NCBI GenBank assembly: GCA_963664705.1
Contig: OY761556.1
Location: 1,216,001-1,280,000, forward strand
DNA from: Acidobacteriota bacterium
Lineage (GTDB): Bacteria; Acidobacteriota; UBA6911
Direction of reading: 5' to 3'
Length of the DNA: 64,000 bases
In this document: positions 1 to 8,461 of the stretch, one piece after another
Position numbering within the stretch: the first letter of the stretch is position 1
Layout of the letters: every line of letters starts with the position of its first letter
Notes under the pieces: generated by a model
What the model was told of the DNA's origin: nothing
What the model saw: the letters and a program-made list of their open reading frames with translations, nothing else
Database searches by the model: none
Made by a program: the position numbers and the translations under genes

Positions 1-2
1 GT

Positions 3-584
3 GAGGCTGCAAAGAGGAGCGGAGAGGCCTCTCCGAGAATTCTTGACATAGGTTGCGGCACTGCCGATTTATCCATCGCTTTCTCCGGCCTTGGCCCCGT
101 CACCGGATGCGATTTCTCCCACCCGATGCTTCAGGTCGGCTTGGGTAAACTTGCACGCGAAAGAACCATGCATCCGGTTTCGTTGCTAGAGGCGGATGCG
201 CTCAGACTGCCATTCCCGAACGAATCCTTTGATATCGCTGTATCAGCTTTTGTGCTGAGGAACTTGTCAGACATCGACCAGGGTATTCGCGAAATGCGCC
301 GCGTGCTGCGCCCCGGTGGAGTGCTGGGTATTCTGGATTTCGGGATGCCCCGAATCCCGCTGATAGGGTCTTTGTATCGCTGGTATTTTCTTTCCGTCTT
401 GCCGCGAATCGGAAGGCTGGTCTCCGGAGTCGAAGGACCCTATGGATACCTTCCAGCCAGCGTTCAGACCTTTCCGCCTGCGGAAGAACTAAAGAAGCGA
501 GTAGAGGTTGGGGGATTCAGAGCAGTGGACCCAATACTGCTGACGGGCGGCATTGCGGTATTGATCATGGGCAAAGCAGGTTGA
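3..584 (+). CDS. menG: Ubiquinone/menaquinone biosynthesis C-methyltransferase (UbiE/MenG family), 5'-partial
   Basis: Frame is open from the window edge: ILDIGCGTAD SAM-binding motif I, then DALRLPF..SFD, LRNLSD, RVLRPGG and Y.YLPASVQTFP. Confidence 0.85.
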   Translation, partial: EAAKRSGEASPRILDIGCGTADLSIAFSGLGPVTGCDFSHPMLQVGLGKLARERTMHPVSLLEADALRLPFPNESFDIAVSAFVLRNLSDIDQGIREMRRVLRPGGVLGILDFGMPRIPLIGSLYRWYFLSVLPRIGRLVSGVEGPYGYLPASVQTFPPAEELKKRVEVGGFRAVDPILLTGGIAVLIMGKAG

Positions 585-648
585 TTGACGATTGACGATT
601 TGGAAGGCTGATAGGCGCCTTTCCAATCGCCAATCGTCAATTGTCGAT
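583..648. repeat. Heptamer-periodic inverted repeat (GATTGAC)n...(GTCAATC)n; possible bidirectional terminator
   Basis: gattgac-gattgac-gatttggaaggc / gcctttccaatc-gccaatc-gtcaatt lies between two convergent genes. Confidence 0.65.
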
Positions 649-656
649 GAGTTCCG

Positions 657-1226
657 CTATTCCTTGCCGGCCAGCCAGCCCGGGAGCGCGCCACTCTTCC
701 GCCCTTCCTTTTCCAGATCCTGAAGGGCATCTTTGGCTTTGGTCAGTTCCTCTTTGTTCTTATCCTGCTCGTAATAGGTTTTTTGAAGCTCCCTCTGGAT
801 GTCTTCACGCTTGAAGCCGCTGTCCTCACGATAGAAATCGTTTTGCAGATTGTTGACCTTCAGCGTCAGTTCAGTGGACTGCTTTTCCAGGTCCTTCACC
901 TTCTGCCGGGCTTCGCCCATGACTTTGCGCCAATAGCTTTCGGGCCTGCCCTCGAAATCGACCGGCTCATCGGATGCGTTCTTTTCTTTCCCTGCAACCG
1001 CCTTGCTGCCGGTTTCGGATTTGGCGGCAGGCTGATCCGGCAGGTTTGTCGGTACGGGGCCGCTGCGGTATTTTGCCGCCTCCTCGTCCGTGATCACCTT
1101 TTCGTCCTTTACTTCTTTTCTGCGCTCGCTTTCCTTCTTGGCGAGATCTCCCAGCGACTGAGAATAGGCCGCGGAAGCGAGAGTGAGAAGGAGTGCCGTT
1201 TGGAAGATTGTGGCCATAATCCTCAT
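657..1226 (-). CDS. Hypothetical exported coiled-coil protein
   Basis: ATG at 1226 after gagg; signal peptide (ALLLTLASAAYS-QSLGDLAKKE); charged heptad C-terminal half; follows the pilW-like gene. Confidence 0.7.
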   Translation of the reverse strand: MRIMATIFQTALLLTLASAAYSQSLGDLAKKESERRKEVKDEKVITDEEAAKYRSGPVPTNLPDQPAAKSETGSKAVAGKEKNASDEPVDFEGRPESYWRKVMGEARQKVKDLEKQSTELTLKVNNLQNDFYREDSGFKREDIQRELQKTYYEQDKNKEELTKAKDALQDLEKEGRKSGALPGWLAGKE

Positions 1227-1313
1227 AGGTGTACCTCGTCGTATCTTTACACGATTTGATTCATAAATATCTTGTTTTATGGGTACTTGGCTCATATTTA
1301 TTAAACCTTTTCT

Positions 1314-1946
1314 TCACATGGCGATCTCGAAATCACTGTGGAGTTGCACTCCGAATCTCTTCTGGGTAACCGGATCCGGCAGGAGGCTCTCCCCTGAAAT
1401 TGTAACATGGACTCTACGGACTTCCTCTCCGCTCGAGGCCGGGTTTCCGGCGGCATTATAGCAATGGAATGCCATATCGGAGATTGAGCCTGCGACGGTT
1501 TGAACGGCTCCACTCCCGGTTATGGTTTCCAAAGATCGTGTAGCTCCATTGTAGCGCAATCGTATTTTCTCTCCGGAATCGAGAATGTCCCCATCCGGAT
1601 CTCCCTTGTTCGGATTTGACGGGCCGGCGGAGCCTGTGATATCGGATTCGACCAGCAGTTCGGATGTACTCAGCTGGATGATACCGGACAGTCCGCATTT
1701 CGCCGGGTCGTTGCCCGCCTGCCGCACGTATCGACCGACTGTCTGGATGGCAAGACGCGTATTGTTGAGGATCGTTTGTACCTCCGCTTGATAGCTGGTT
1801 TTACGCTGAACTTCCACCAGCAGCCCGAACAGCGTCGATGCGATCACAAGAAAGATCACGGTGGATATGAGTAACTCCATCAATCCGAATCCGGAACTAG
1901 ATCGACCTGAAACGTCTGCAACATCGTGATGTCCGTCACGCTTCAT
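1314..1946 (-). CDS. PilW-like type IV minor pilin
   Basis: Class III signal G|FGLMELLIS plus hydrophobic helix; R.A...V.RYVRQAG..P is typical of PilW/GspJ. Confidence 0.8.
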   Translation of the reverse strand: MKRDGHHDVADVSGRSSSGFGLMELLISTVIFLVIASTLFGLLVEVQRKTSYQAEVQTILNNTRLAIQTVGRYVRQAGNDPAKCGLSGIIQLSTSELLVESDITGSAGPSNPNKGDPDGDILDSGEKIRLRYNGATRSLETITGSGAVQTVAGSISDMAFHCYNAAGNPASSGEEVRRVHVTISGESLLPDPVTQKRFGVQLHSDFEIAM

Positions 1947-2398
1947 TGTTCTCTTAGACCAAGAATAGTGGATACATTCAGAATTTTGTTCATGCCTGGT
2001 TTGCTGTTCAATGCTCCACCAGCCAGTACTGGATTTACCCTGACCGTTACCAGTTTTGCATCCAGTGCCTTGCCCGCGCGAGGATCCGGAACCGGGTGGA
2101 CCTCCCAGGCTATGCTATAGCGATTCAGAACGCTGCCATCCACGGGGTTGACGACCACTTCCAGTTTCGGGCCATGTCCTCCCCAGTCCAGATCAGCCAA
2201 CAGGGGATTCTGCTGGTACGAACTCGAGAGGGATTCGAGCAGGTTCTGGGCAGCCAGGGCCGCTGTCCCTTTGGATCGTGCCAACGATTCGGATGCTGCC
2301 ATCACAAAAAAGACGTGTCCCGTTGCCAGAAGTGAGGCTGTAAGCAGCAGAACCGCCATCATGATCTCCAGCAGGCTGAACCCGGCCGCCGGTCTCAT
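1943..2398 (-). CDS. PilV-like type IV minor pilin
   Basis: MRPAAG|FSLLEIMMAVLLL; 4-nt overlap with the pilW-like gene. The upstream part of the 428-aa ORF is antisense to trpD. Alternative start at 2506. Confidence 0.75.
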   Translation of the reverse strand: MRPAAGFSLLEIMMAVLLLTASLLATGHVFFVMAASESLARSKGTAALAAQNLLESLSSSYQQNPLLADLDWGGHGPKLEVVVNPVDGSVLNRYSIAWEVHPVPDPRAGKALDAKLVTVRVNPVLAGGALNSKPGMNKILNVSTILGLREQ

Positions 2399-2536
2399 CC
2401 CCCCATTATCTGATCGGCCGGAGGCCGGGTGTTGATTCGGGATTATTCCTGTCCGTCCCGGGTGGGTGAAACGGCAGAACGTCCTCAATCCAAAGCTCTT
2501 GTTCATATTCCGATTCAATCCGGATATACTCTCGGC

Positions 2537-3586
2537 ATGAACATTATCGATGGGATCCGAAGAGTCGTTGAGGGGCAGCATCTCAGCCGGCTGGAGGCTG
2601 AATCTGTAATGAATGAAATCATGACAGGCAAGGCGACCGATGCCCAGATTGCAGCTTTCCTTACTGCCCTGCGAATGAAGTGCGAGACGGTGGATGAGCT
2701 GATCGGTTTCGCGCGGGTAATCCGGGAAAAGGCATCTCCGGTGAGGCCTCAAAGCAGCGTGGCCGCTTCCTTTTCGGGCACCGATCGGGAAATGCTCGTA
2801 GATACCTGTGGAACCGGGGGGGATGCGACCGGAACCTTCAATATTTCGACGGCTACGGCATTTGTAGTGGCTGGCGCCGGCATTCGCGTGGCCAAACATG
2901 GAAACCGCAGTGTGTCGAGTATGTGCGGCAGTGCGGATGTGGTGGAAGCTTTGGGCATCCGTCTGGATTTGTCTCCGGATGCGGTCGCACGCTGTATTGA
3001 CGAGGTGGGTATCGGATTTTTGTACGCGCCGCTGCTTCACGAGGCGATGCGTTATGTTGTCCTGGCTCGCCGCGAGATGAAAATTCGAACAGTCTTCAAC
3101 CTGCTTGGTCCCATCTGCAACCCGGCGCATGCCACCGCCCAGGTGCTCGGCGTTTATAATGAGGACCTGACAGAGATCATGGCCCAGGTATTGTGCGAGT
3201 TGGGTTCGGAAAGAGCTTTTGTTGTTCATGGCTCAGACGGCCTCGACGAAATCACCATCAGTGGGGAAAGCAAGATCTCGGAAGTCCGTGACGGCGAAGT
3301 GCGCACCTATTATGTGACTCCCGAGGACTTTGGAATCAGCCGGGCTCCCATCCGTGCAATTCAGGGGGGAGATGCCCGGCAGAATGCGTCAATCATACGG
3401 GAAATTCTTTCCGGGCAGAGCAACACGCGCCGCGATGTTGTGTTGCTGAATGCCGCCGCCGGCCTGGTTGTGGGCGGGAAAGTAAAGTCTCTGGGCGAAG
3501 GGATCGAAATGGCTCGCGAATCGATCGACTCCGGCAAGGCCGCATCCTGCCTTGAACGACTGGTTGAGCTCACCCGGACCATGTAA
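2537..3586 (+). CDS. trpD: Anthranilate phosphoribosyltransferase
   Basis: DTCGTGGD, NIST, AKHGNRSVSS..GSADV, RTVFNLLGP and DGLDE motifs; start reassigned to ATG 2537. Confidence 0.97.
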   Translation: MNIIDGIRRVVEGQHLSRLEAESVMNEIMTGKATDAQIAAFLTALRMKCETVDELIGFARVIREKASPVRPQSSVAASFSGTDREMLVDTCGTGGDATGTFNISTATAFVVAGAGIRVAKHGNRSVSSMCGSADVVEALGIRLDLSPDAVARCIDEVGIGFLYAPLLHEAMRYVVLARREMKIRTVFNLLGPICNPAHATAQVLGVYNEDLTEIMAQVLCELGSERAFVVHGSDGLDEITISGESKISEVRDGEVRTYYVTPEDFGISRAPIRAIQGGDARQNASIIREILSGQSNTRRDVVLLNAAAGLVVGGKVKSLGEGIEMARESIDSGKAASCLERLVELTRTM

Positions 3587-3609
3587 TCCCCGGTAACCCG
3601 CTTGCCCGG

Positions 3610-4077
3610 CTAATTCTTCTGGATCCGTATCCTGCCTCCAGGACTCACGATTACGGAATAGGATCCTGCTTCTCCCTGCACCTTGTAGGTCCCGGCCGGC
3701 GCTGCATTTCCATGCTGATAAAAACGCAAGGCGCTTTTGGGAAACGAAGCAAACCAGGTTTTGCCCGGAAGCCGATTCGAAGTTTGCGCATAGGGCTGAC
3801 CGCTGCCGGGATCCATCCAGCAAAATGTCTGTTTATCCGAATCGATTGTAAATAGAGTCGATGAATTGGAGGAGATCGCGTGCATCCGGCCCCACTGCAG
3901 CGAGCATTCCACCATTCTGGCCGCAGTCCAGAGCGTCCACTCGCATTGCATCCGGGCAATGCCAGGAATGGCCGCGGCGATCAGGATCGCCGCGCACATC
4001 AGGACGAGCATGCATTCGATAAGGCTGAATCCGGGGTCCGCTGCCCCGCGGTTCGTATGAATTCCGCTGTTCTTCAT
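3610..4077 (-). CDS. FimT/GspH-like minor pilin
   Basis: G|FSLIECMLVLM..AIP N-terminus; C-terminal F...G.A...G.....V.VS..GRIR pattern. Confidence 0.8.
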   Translation of the reverse strand: MKNSGIHTNRGAADPGFSLIECMLVLMCAAILIAAAIPGIARMQCEWTLWTAARMVECSLQWGRMHAISSNSSTLFTIDSDKQTFCWMDPGSGQPYAQTSNRLPGKTWFASFPKSALRFYQHGNAAPAGTYKVQGEAGSYSVIVSPGGRIRIQKN

Positions 4078-4115
4078 GCATATCTAATGAAGACCGGCGA
4101 AATTGAGCCAAAAAA

Positions 4116-4955
4116 TCAGCGAGGAATTCTCAGATACCACGCAAGGAATTGAATCCCGTAAAAAGTGGCAAGCACGGTTCCTATCCCGAGGAACACACCG
4201 AAAGCAAGTTTGGTTTGAAGGTTTCCGCGCTTGAACACCATCAGCGATAAGCCCAGAAGCGTGCCGATCAGAGAGCCCGCCATCAGCGTCAGAATGGCAA
4301 ACGGCCATCCGAGAAATGCCCCGATCATGGCCAGCATTTTGACATCGCCCATCCCCAGACCCTCTCGGTGGCGCAGTTTTTCGTACATGAATCCGACGAG
4401 GAAGAGCAGTCCGCCCCCGATCAGGGCACCGACAAAGGATCCCATCCACGGCAACACCGCCTGGGGATTACCGGGCCAGAGCGTTGCCGACAGCCTGGGG
4501 ACTATCCAGTCGAACAGATAGAAATCCCTGGATTGGAATGGACTGAGTAGAATGCCTACGACGATTCCTGGCAGTGTCAGTACATTGGGGAGTATCCGGT
4601 GGTTCAGATCAGTAAAGACCAGGACAATGATGGCGGCAATAAACAGCGTGTTCACGAAGGTAGGTGAACCGAAACCCCACTTCCATGCGCATGCAAAGAA
4701 AGCCACGCCTGTCATCAATTCAACAATTGGATATTGGATGGAAATGGATGCCTTGCAATTTCGGCATTTGCCGCGGAGTATCAAATACGAAAGGACCGGG
4801 ATATTGTCGTAAAATCGGATCGAAGTCCCGCATTGCGGACAGGCGGAGCCCGGGAAGACAATCGATTTTCGCAAAGGGATTCGGTAGATGCAGACATTCA
4901 GGAAACTGCCGATCGCCAGCCCAAACAGCGTATAGATAATCAGTAATGGATCCAT
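4116..4955 (-). CDS. pilD: Prepilin peptidase/N-methyltransferase (A24)
   Basis: GSFLNVCIYRIP, CPQC/CRNC zinc motif, TDL..RILP and GMGDVKM catalytic Asp motifs, AFGVFL. Confidence 0.95.
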   Translation of the reverse strand: MDPLLIIYTLFGLAIGSFLNVCIYRIPLRKSIVFPGSACPQCGTSIRFYDNIPVLSYLILRGKCRNCKASISIQYPIVELMTGVAFFACAWKWGFGSPTFVNTLFIAAIIVLVFTDLNHRILPNVLTLPGIVVGILLSPFQSRDFYLFDWIVPRLSATLWPGNPQAVLPWMGSFVGALIGGGLLFLVGFMYEKLRHREGLGMGDVKMLAMIGAFLGWPFAILTLMAGSLIGTLLGLSLMVFKRGNLQTKLAFGVFLGIGTVLATFYGIQFLAWYLRIPR

Positions 4956-5020
4956 TCGGCTATTCTAGATTAGTTCGGGATTTGTTTGGGAGGCAAATTT
5001 GCGGGGAGTTAGATAATTTG

Positions 5021-5102
5021 ACCGGGAGCGCCGCCGTCCCGGCGGCGTCAGCGTCATGCAGGAAGCCACGCTCTTTGCCGGCGAGACGCCGGAACTCCCG
5101 GT
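5021..5102. repeat. REP-like palindromic element (family B)
   Basis: ACCGGGAGCGCCGCCGTCCCGGCGGC ... GCCGGCGAGACGCCGGAACTCCCGGT; a half copy sits at 63024-63047. Confidence 0.7.
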
Positions 5103-5132
5103 GGAGCCCCGGCGTCATTCCAGTAGATGGCA

Positions 5133-6872
5133 CTACTTGAAGGCCGGTTTTTCCGAGGTGCCCTTTGCAAGTTCGAAATCGTTGGATTCGAGCAGGGTGT
5201 AGATAGCCCTCTGCAGTGTGATGATGGACTTCTTATAATTGATCATCGCTTGCAGATACTGAAATTCTGCTTGGGCTAACTGGTCCTGCCGTTGCAAAAC
5301 AAGGTAGTTCTGGCTAAGCCCGGCTTCCATTCGTTTTGCTTCGCCATCCAGTCTTTCTTTTGAGAACCTTCTGCCGGATTCAGCAGCCAAGACCTGATTC
5401 CTTCGGGTCTCCAGCTGTTGAACTGCATTGCGGACATCCACCTGAATCGACTGCTCGGTCTGCTTCCGCCGCATCAACTCCTGCCGCTTGGAAATATCCT
5501 GCTGTGCGAGCTGAGCATCAAGGCTGCGATTCCTCAAAGGTATCGTCAACTGAAATTGGATGGACCAGTTGTTATACCCCTCTGTGAAGATCGTTTTATA
5601 CGCGTTTCCGATCCCGCCGACGAGCGAGGGAAGAGTATTTGGGATTAGGTTGCCGTTCGCGTCTTTCAGCAGAGCTCCAGTGAAAGCGTCCGCCTTGTAG
5701 CTCTGTGGGCCGGCCGTACCGTTGCTCCCGAATTGGCCGGTGAGATCTAACTGCCACTTGCGGTTGTTCTCTAACAGTTTCCGGTTGATATCGATCTTGC
5801 TGATGCTGATCCGCGACTGTTCAAGTTCAGGTCTGTTGGCGAGGGCGGTATTGATGGCATCATCCAGACTCACCTTGTATTCTTTGAAATCAGGAGTGTC
5901 CGTCGGGACAATTACCTGACGCCAGATTTCCGAATTTCTGTTGCTGGAAACCAGCGCGCGCAGGGCATTTTCCTGGCTCAATAGTGTTTCTTCAGAAGCA
6001 ATCAGATCGACCTCGCGCTGGGCCATGGTGGCCTCGGCATCGGTTACATCGATAGGTGCAAGGGTGCCGACTTCCACTTTTTTTCTGTTGTCCCGCAGGT
6101 TGATTCGAGCCAGCTGTACAGAGTCGCGCTTGATGGTGTAATCCCGGATCGCCGACACGAGGCTCCAGTATTGGGTCTGAATGTTGGCGACGGTATCCGT
6201 GACCTTTTGTTTGAATGAGCTGTCCGTGTTTTTAAGGTCAAGGTTATAAAGCTTGATATTTCCGCGGGTGCTGTCAATGCGCAGGTTTTTCAACAGCGGT
6301 TGCGTGAAGCTGACCACGGCGGAACTGCTATATTGCGGGTTGAAGGTGGCGAATGTGCTGTTTGAATCCGAACGCGAGGAGTTCCACTGTACGCGAACGC
6401 TTCCACCGGTCTTGACGGTCTGGTTAAACGTGAAATTCCATTGGGCGGCATCATTCTTGTTAAAGCTCGAAGTGGATGCACTGGTGTAGTTGGTGATTGC
6501 GCTCTTTTGCGAATTCACGCCCAGGGTGCCGGTCAGTCTGGGGTCGTAATCGCCGTAGGTCTGCTGGATTCTTTGCTGAGACATTTGCTCGTTCGTGTCC
6601 TGGATGGCAATGTCCAGGTTGTTCTGAAGGGCGAGCTTTGTGATTTCTTTGAGCGACAAAGGCAATGCAGTTCCGTCCTTCTGTGCTTTCTCGATCGGGC
6701 TCGATGGCAGCGGAGGAAGATCTGCGGGTGCCGATGTTTTTGGGCTCGCAGCCGCCTGCGCAGCTGCCTCCTGCGCCATGGCAACAGGCGAAATTGCACT
6801 GAATACAAGAACTAAGCACAAGATGCCCGACACGGCGGAAATCCAGCGCGGCAAACTGGCACTCTGATTCAT
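5133..6872 (-). CDS. TolC-family outer membrane efflux protein
   Basis: Signal peptide; LSL.E....AL.NNLDI, FTQPLL, AL..RPEL and L.IPLRNR OEP repeats. Confidence 0.9.
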   Translation of the reverse strand: MNQSASLPRWISAVSGILCLVLVFSAISPVAMAQEAAAQAAASPKTSAPADLPPLPSSPIEKAQKDGTALPLSLKEITKLALQNNLDIAIQDTNEQMSQQRIQQTYGDYDPRLTGTLGVNSQKSAITNYTSASTSSFNKNDAAQWNFTFNQTVKTGGSVRVQWNSSRSDSNSTFATFNPQYSSSAVVSFTQPLLKNLRIDSTRGNIKLYNLDLKNTDSSFKQKVTDTVANIQTQYWSLVSAIRDYTIKRDSVQLARINLRDNRKKVEVGTLAPIDVTDAEATMAQREVDLIASEETLLSQENALRALVSSNRNSEIWRQVIVPTDTPDFKEYKVSLDDAINTALANRPELEQSRISISKIDINRKLLENNRKWQLDLTGQFGSNGTAGPQSYKADAFTGALLKDANGNLIPNTLPSLVGGIGNAYKTIFTEGYNNWSIQFQLTIPLRNRSLDAQLAQQDISKRQELMRRKQTEQSIQVDVRNAVQQLETRRNQVLAAESGRRFSKERLDGEAKRMEAGLSQNYLVLQRQDQLAQAEFQYLQAMINYKKSIITLQRAIYTLLESNDFELAKGTSEKPAFK

Positions 6873-6924
6873 AAACAGGACTCCTTAATGATTTGAAAAA
6901 GCCAAGCCTGCGTAACAATTAATC

Positions 6925-6953
6925 AATACGATAAATGGAGGAAAACTGTTTCA
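6925..6953 (-). promoter_or_regulatory. Putative ECF-sigma promoter for the TolC-family gene
   Basis: TGAAAC-N17-CGTATT on the minus strand, about 50 nt upstream of the ATG. Confidence 0.45.
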
Positions 6954-7068
6954 AGAAGCTTGTGATTGTTGCAACTTCGAGATAAGCAGGATTCCCGGAT
7001 TGCAAATGCAGCCTGATGCGCTAGCAACCTGCACTGCGAAAATATCGGACTGACCCGCCTAAATCAAC

Positions 7069-7102
7069 AAAAAAGGGGACCGCGTTCCGGCAGTCCCCGT
7101 TC
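7069..7102 (-). terminator. Rho-independent terminator of the M48 gene
   Basis: GGGGACTGC-CGGAAC-GCGGTCCCC followed by a T-run on the minus strand. Confidence 0.8.
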
Positions 7103-7127
7103 TTGGAACCGATTTGTAATGTGTTTG

Positions 7128-8180
7128 TTAAGGCGTTGGCTGCTGATCCGGTGGATCACTCGGCCGTTTTAATGTCGGTCGGCTCTTTTTCGGAGTGTCG
7201 CTTCCGTCATCGCCAGTGCCATCCGCCGGGTCCGGCCCCCCGCCTTCCGTCCGGCGCTTCAGTGTGGGGCGCTTCTGTTCCTTTTCTCCGGAGGCTTCTT
7301 CCGACTTTTGGGCGTTATCGATTGCCAGCAATCGCGCTTTTACCCGATCAAATTCGGAGGTATTGATCATGTAGTTGTCTTTTTCGGGCAAAAATCGTTC
7401 CTCGTCCAGTGATGCCAAAATCCGGTCATCGGTGGAGGGGTGCGTGCGAAACCAGCCCGCCAGCTTTCCCGGTTTGCTTTTTTCCTGCTCCTGCATCTTT
7501 TCAAAGAAGGAGACGAATGCATTGGGATCGTACCCGGTGTTCCACAGGTATTGGATGCCCAATTGATCGGCCTCACGCTCGGATTCCCGGGTAATACCCA
7601 TCAACTCCAGGTTAATGCCTAATCCCAAGGCTTGCTGGATTCCCATCTGCGCCCAGTAGCCGCCGACAAAAAGGGCCGGGATCGAAAATATCTGGAGATA
7701 CTGGCCTTTGGACATGCGCTGCGTAGCGTGGCGCGCGGTAACATGGGAAATTTCGTGAGCCATGACTCCCGCCAGTTCCGCTTCATTTTCCGCAGCCAGA
7801 ATCAGGCCCTTGTTAACATAGAAATATCCGCCTGGAAACGCAAAAGCATTGACCTCATCGGTATCCACGACCTTAATGTGGAATGGGACTTTTGCATCGG
7901 AGTGCTTGACGAGGTTCTGCCCGATGCGATCCACATACTCGCTGACAACGGGATCGTCAATTAAACGAGCGGTCTGTTCGAATTCCGCAGCGATCTGATT
8001 CCCCATGGCAATCTCTTTTTCCAGAGATACCCAGTTGGGTAGAACCCCAAAGATCTTTCCCGAGACGCTGCGATTCCCGATGTTTTCCACATCTCCGTGC
8101 TTCCTGTCGGCATATCCCGGAAGCGAAAGGAACGTTGTGGCCAGGACCGAGATCGCAATTTTCGCAGACAGTCCCTTCAT
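7128..8180 (-). CDS. M48 family zinc metalloprotease (BepA/YfgC/LoiP-like), exported
   Basis: VNAFAFPGG, ELAGVMAHEISH, EREAD and THP motifs; signal peptide; low-complexity C-tail. Confidence 0.92.
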   Translation of the reverse strand: MKGLSAKIAISVLATTFLSLPGYADRKHGDVENIGNRSVSGKIFGVLPNWVSLEKEIAMGNQIAAEFEQTARLIDDPVVSEYVDRIGQNLVKHSDAKVPFHIKVVDTDEVNAFAFPGGYFYVNKGLILAAENEAELAGVMAHEISHVTARHATQRMSKGQYLQIFSIPALFVGGYWAQMGIQQALGLGINLELMGITRESEREADQLGIQYLWNTGYDPNAFVSFFEKMQEQEKSKPGKLAGWFRTHPSTDDRILASLDEERFLPEKDNYMINTSEFDRVKARLLAIDNAQKSEEASGEKEQKRPTLKRRTEGGGPDPADGTGDDGSDTPKKSRPTLKRPSDPPDQQPTP

Positions 8181-8283
8181 ACAAATCCTCCACTGGGAGC
8201 GTTGTTTTCTCCGGCAACCCCCGCTATGCTAGAGCATTGAAAACAGACGAGGCCAACGGCCGGACTCATTTTCAACGTATTAT

Positions 8284-8311
8284 TAGATGTGCCGGGCTCC
8301 CTGATGTTTCA
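8284..8311 (-). promoter_or_regulatory. Putative ECF-sigma promoter for the M48 protease
   Basis: TGAAAC-N16-CATCTA on the minus strand. Confidence 0.35.
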
Positions 8312-8461
8312 CTTCCTGATTCTAGGATGCGCCCGCACCGCTGTCAACCATTGTGAAATCGGTGTTCAGGTGATGGGTGCCAGGAATTCGGGTTGCCGGA
8401 ACCGGTTGGCGTGCTTTTATTTCGGGAATCGCTGGTCAAACTCTACGGGATGCGCGCATCT

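Noticed and set aside
2399-3229. N-terminal ~277 aa of the 428-aa minus-strand ORF, which looks like a large pilin fusion
   Set aside because: It is mostly the antisense shadow of trpD; the prepilin motif begins only near 2398.
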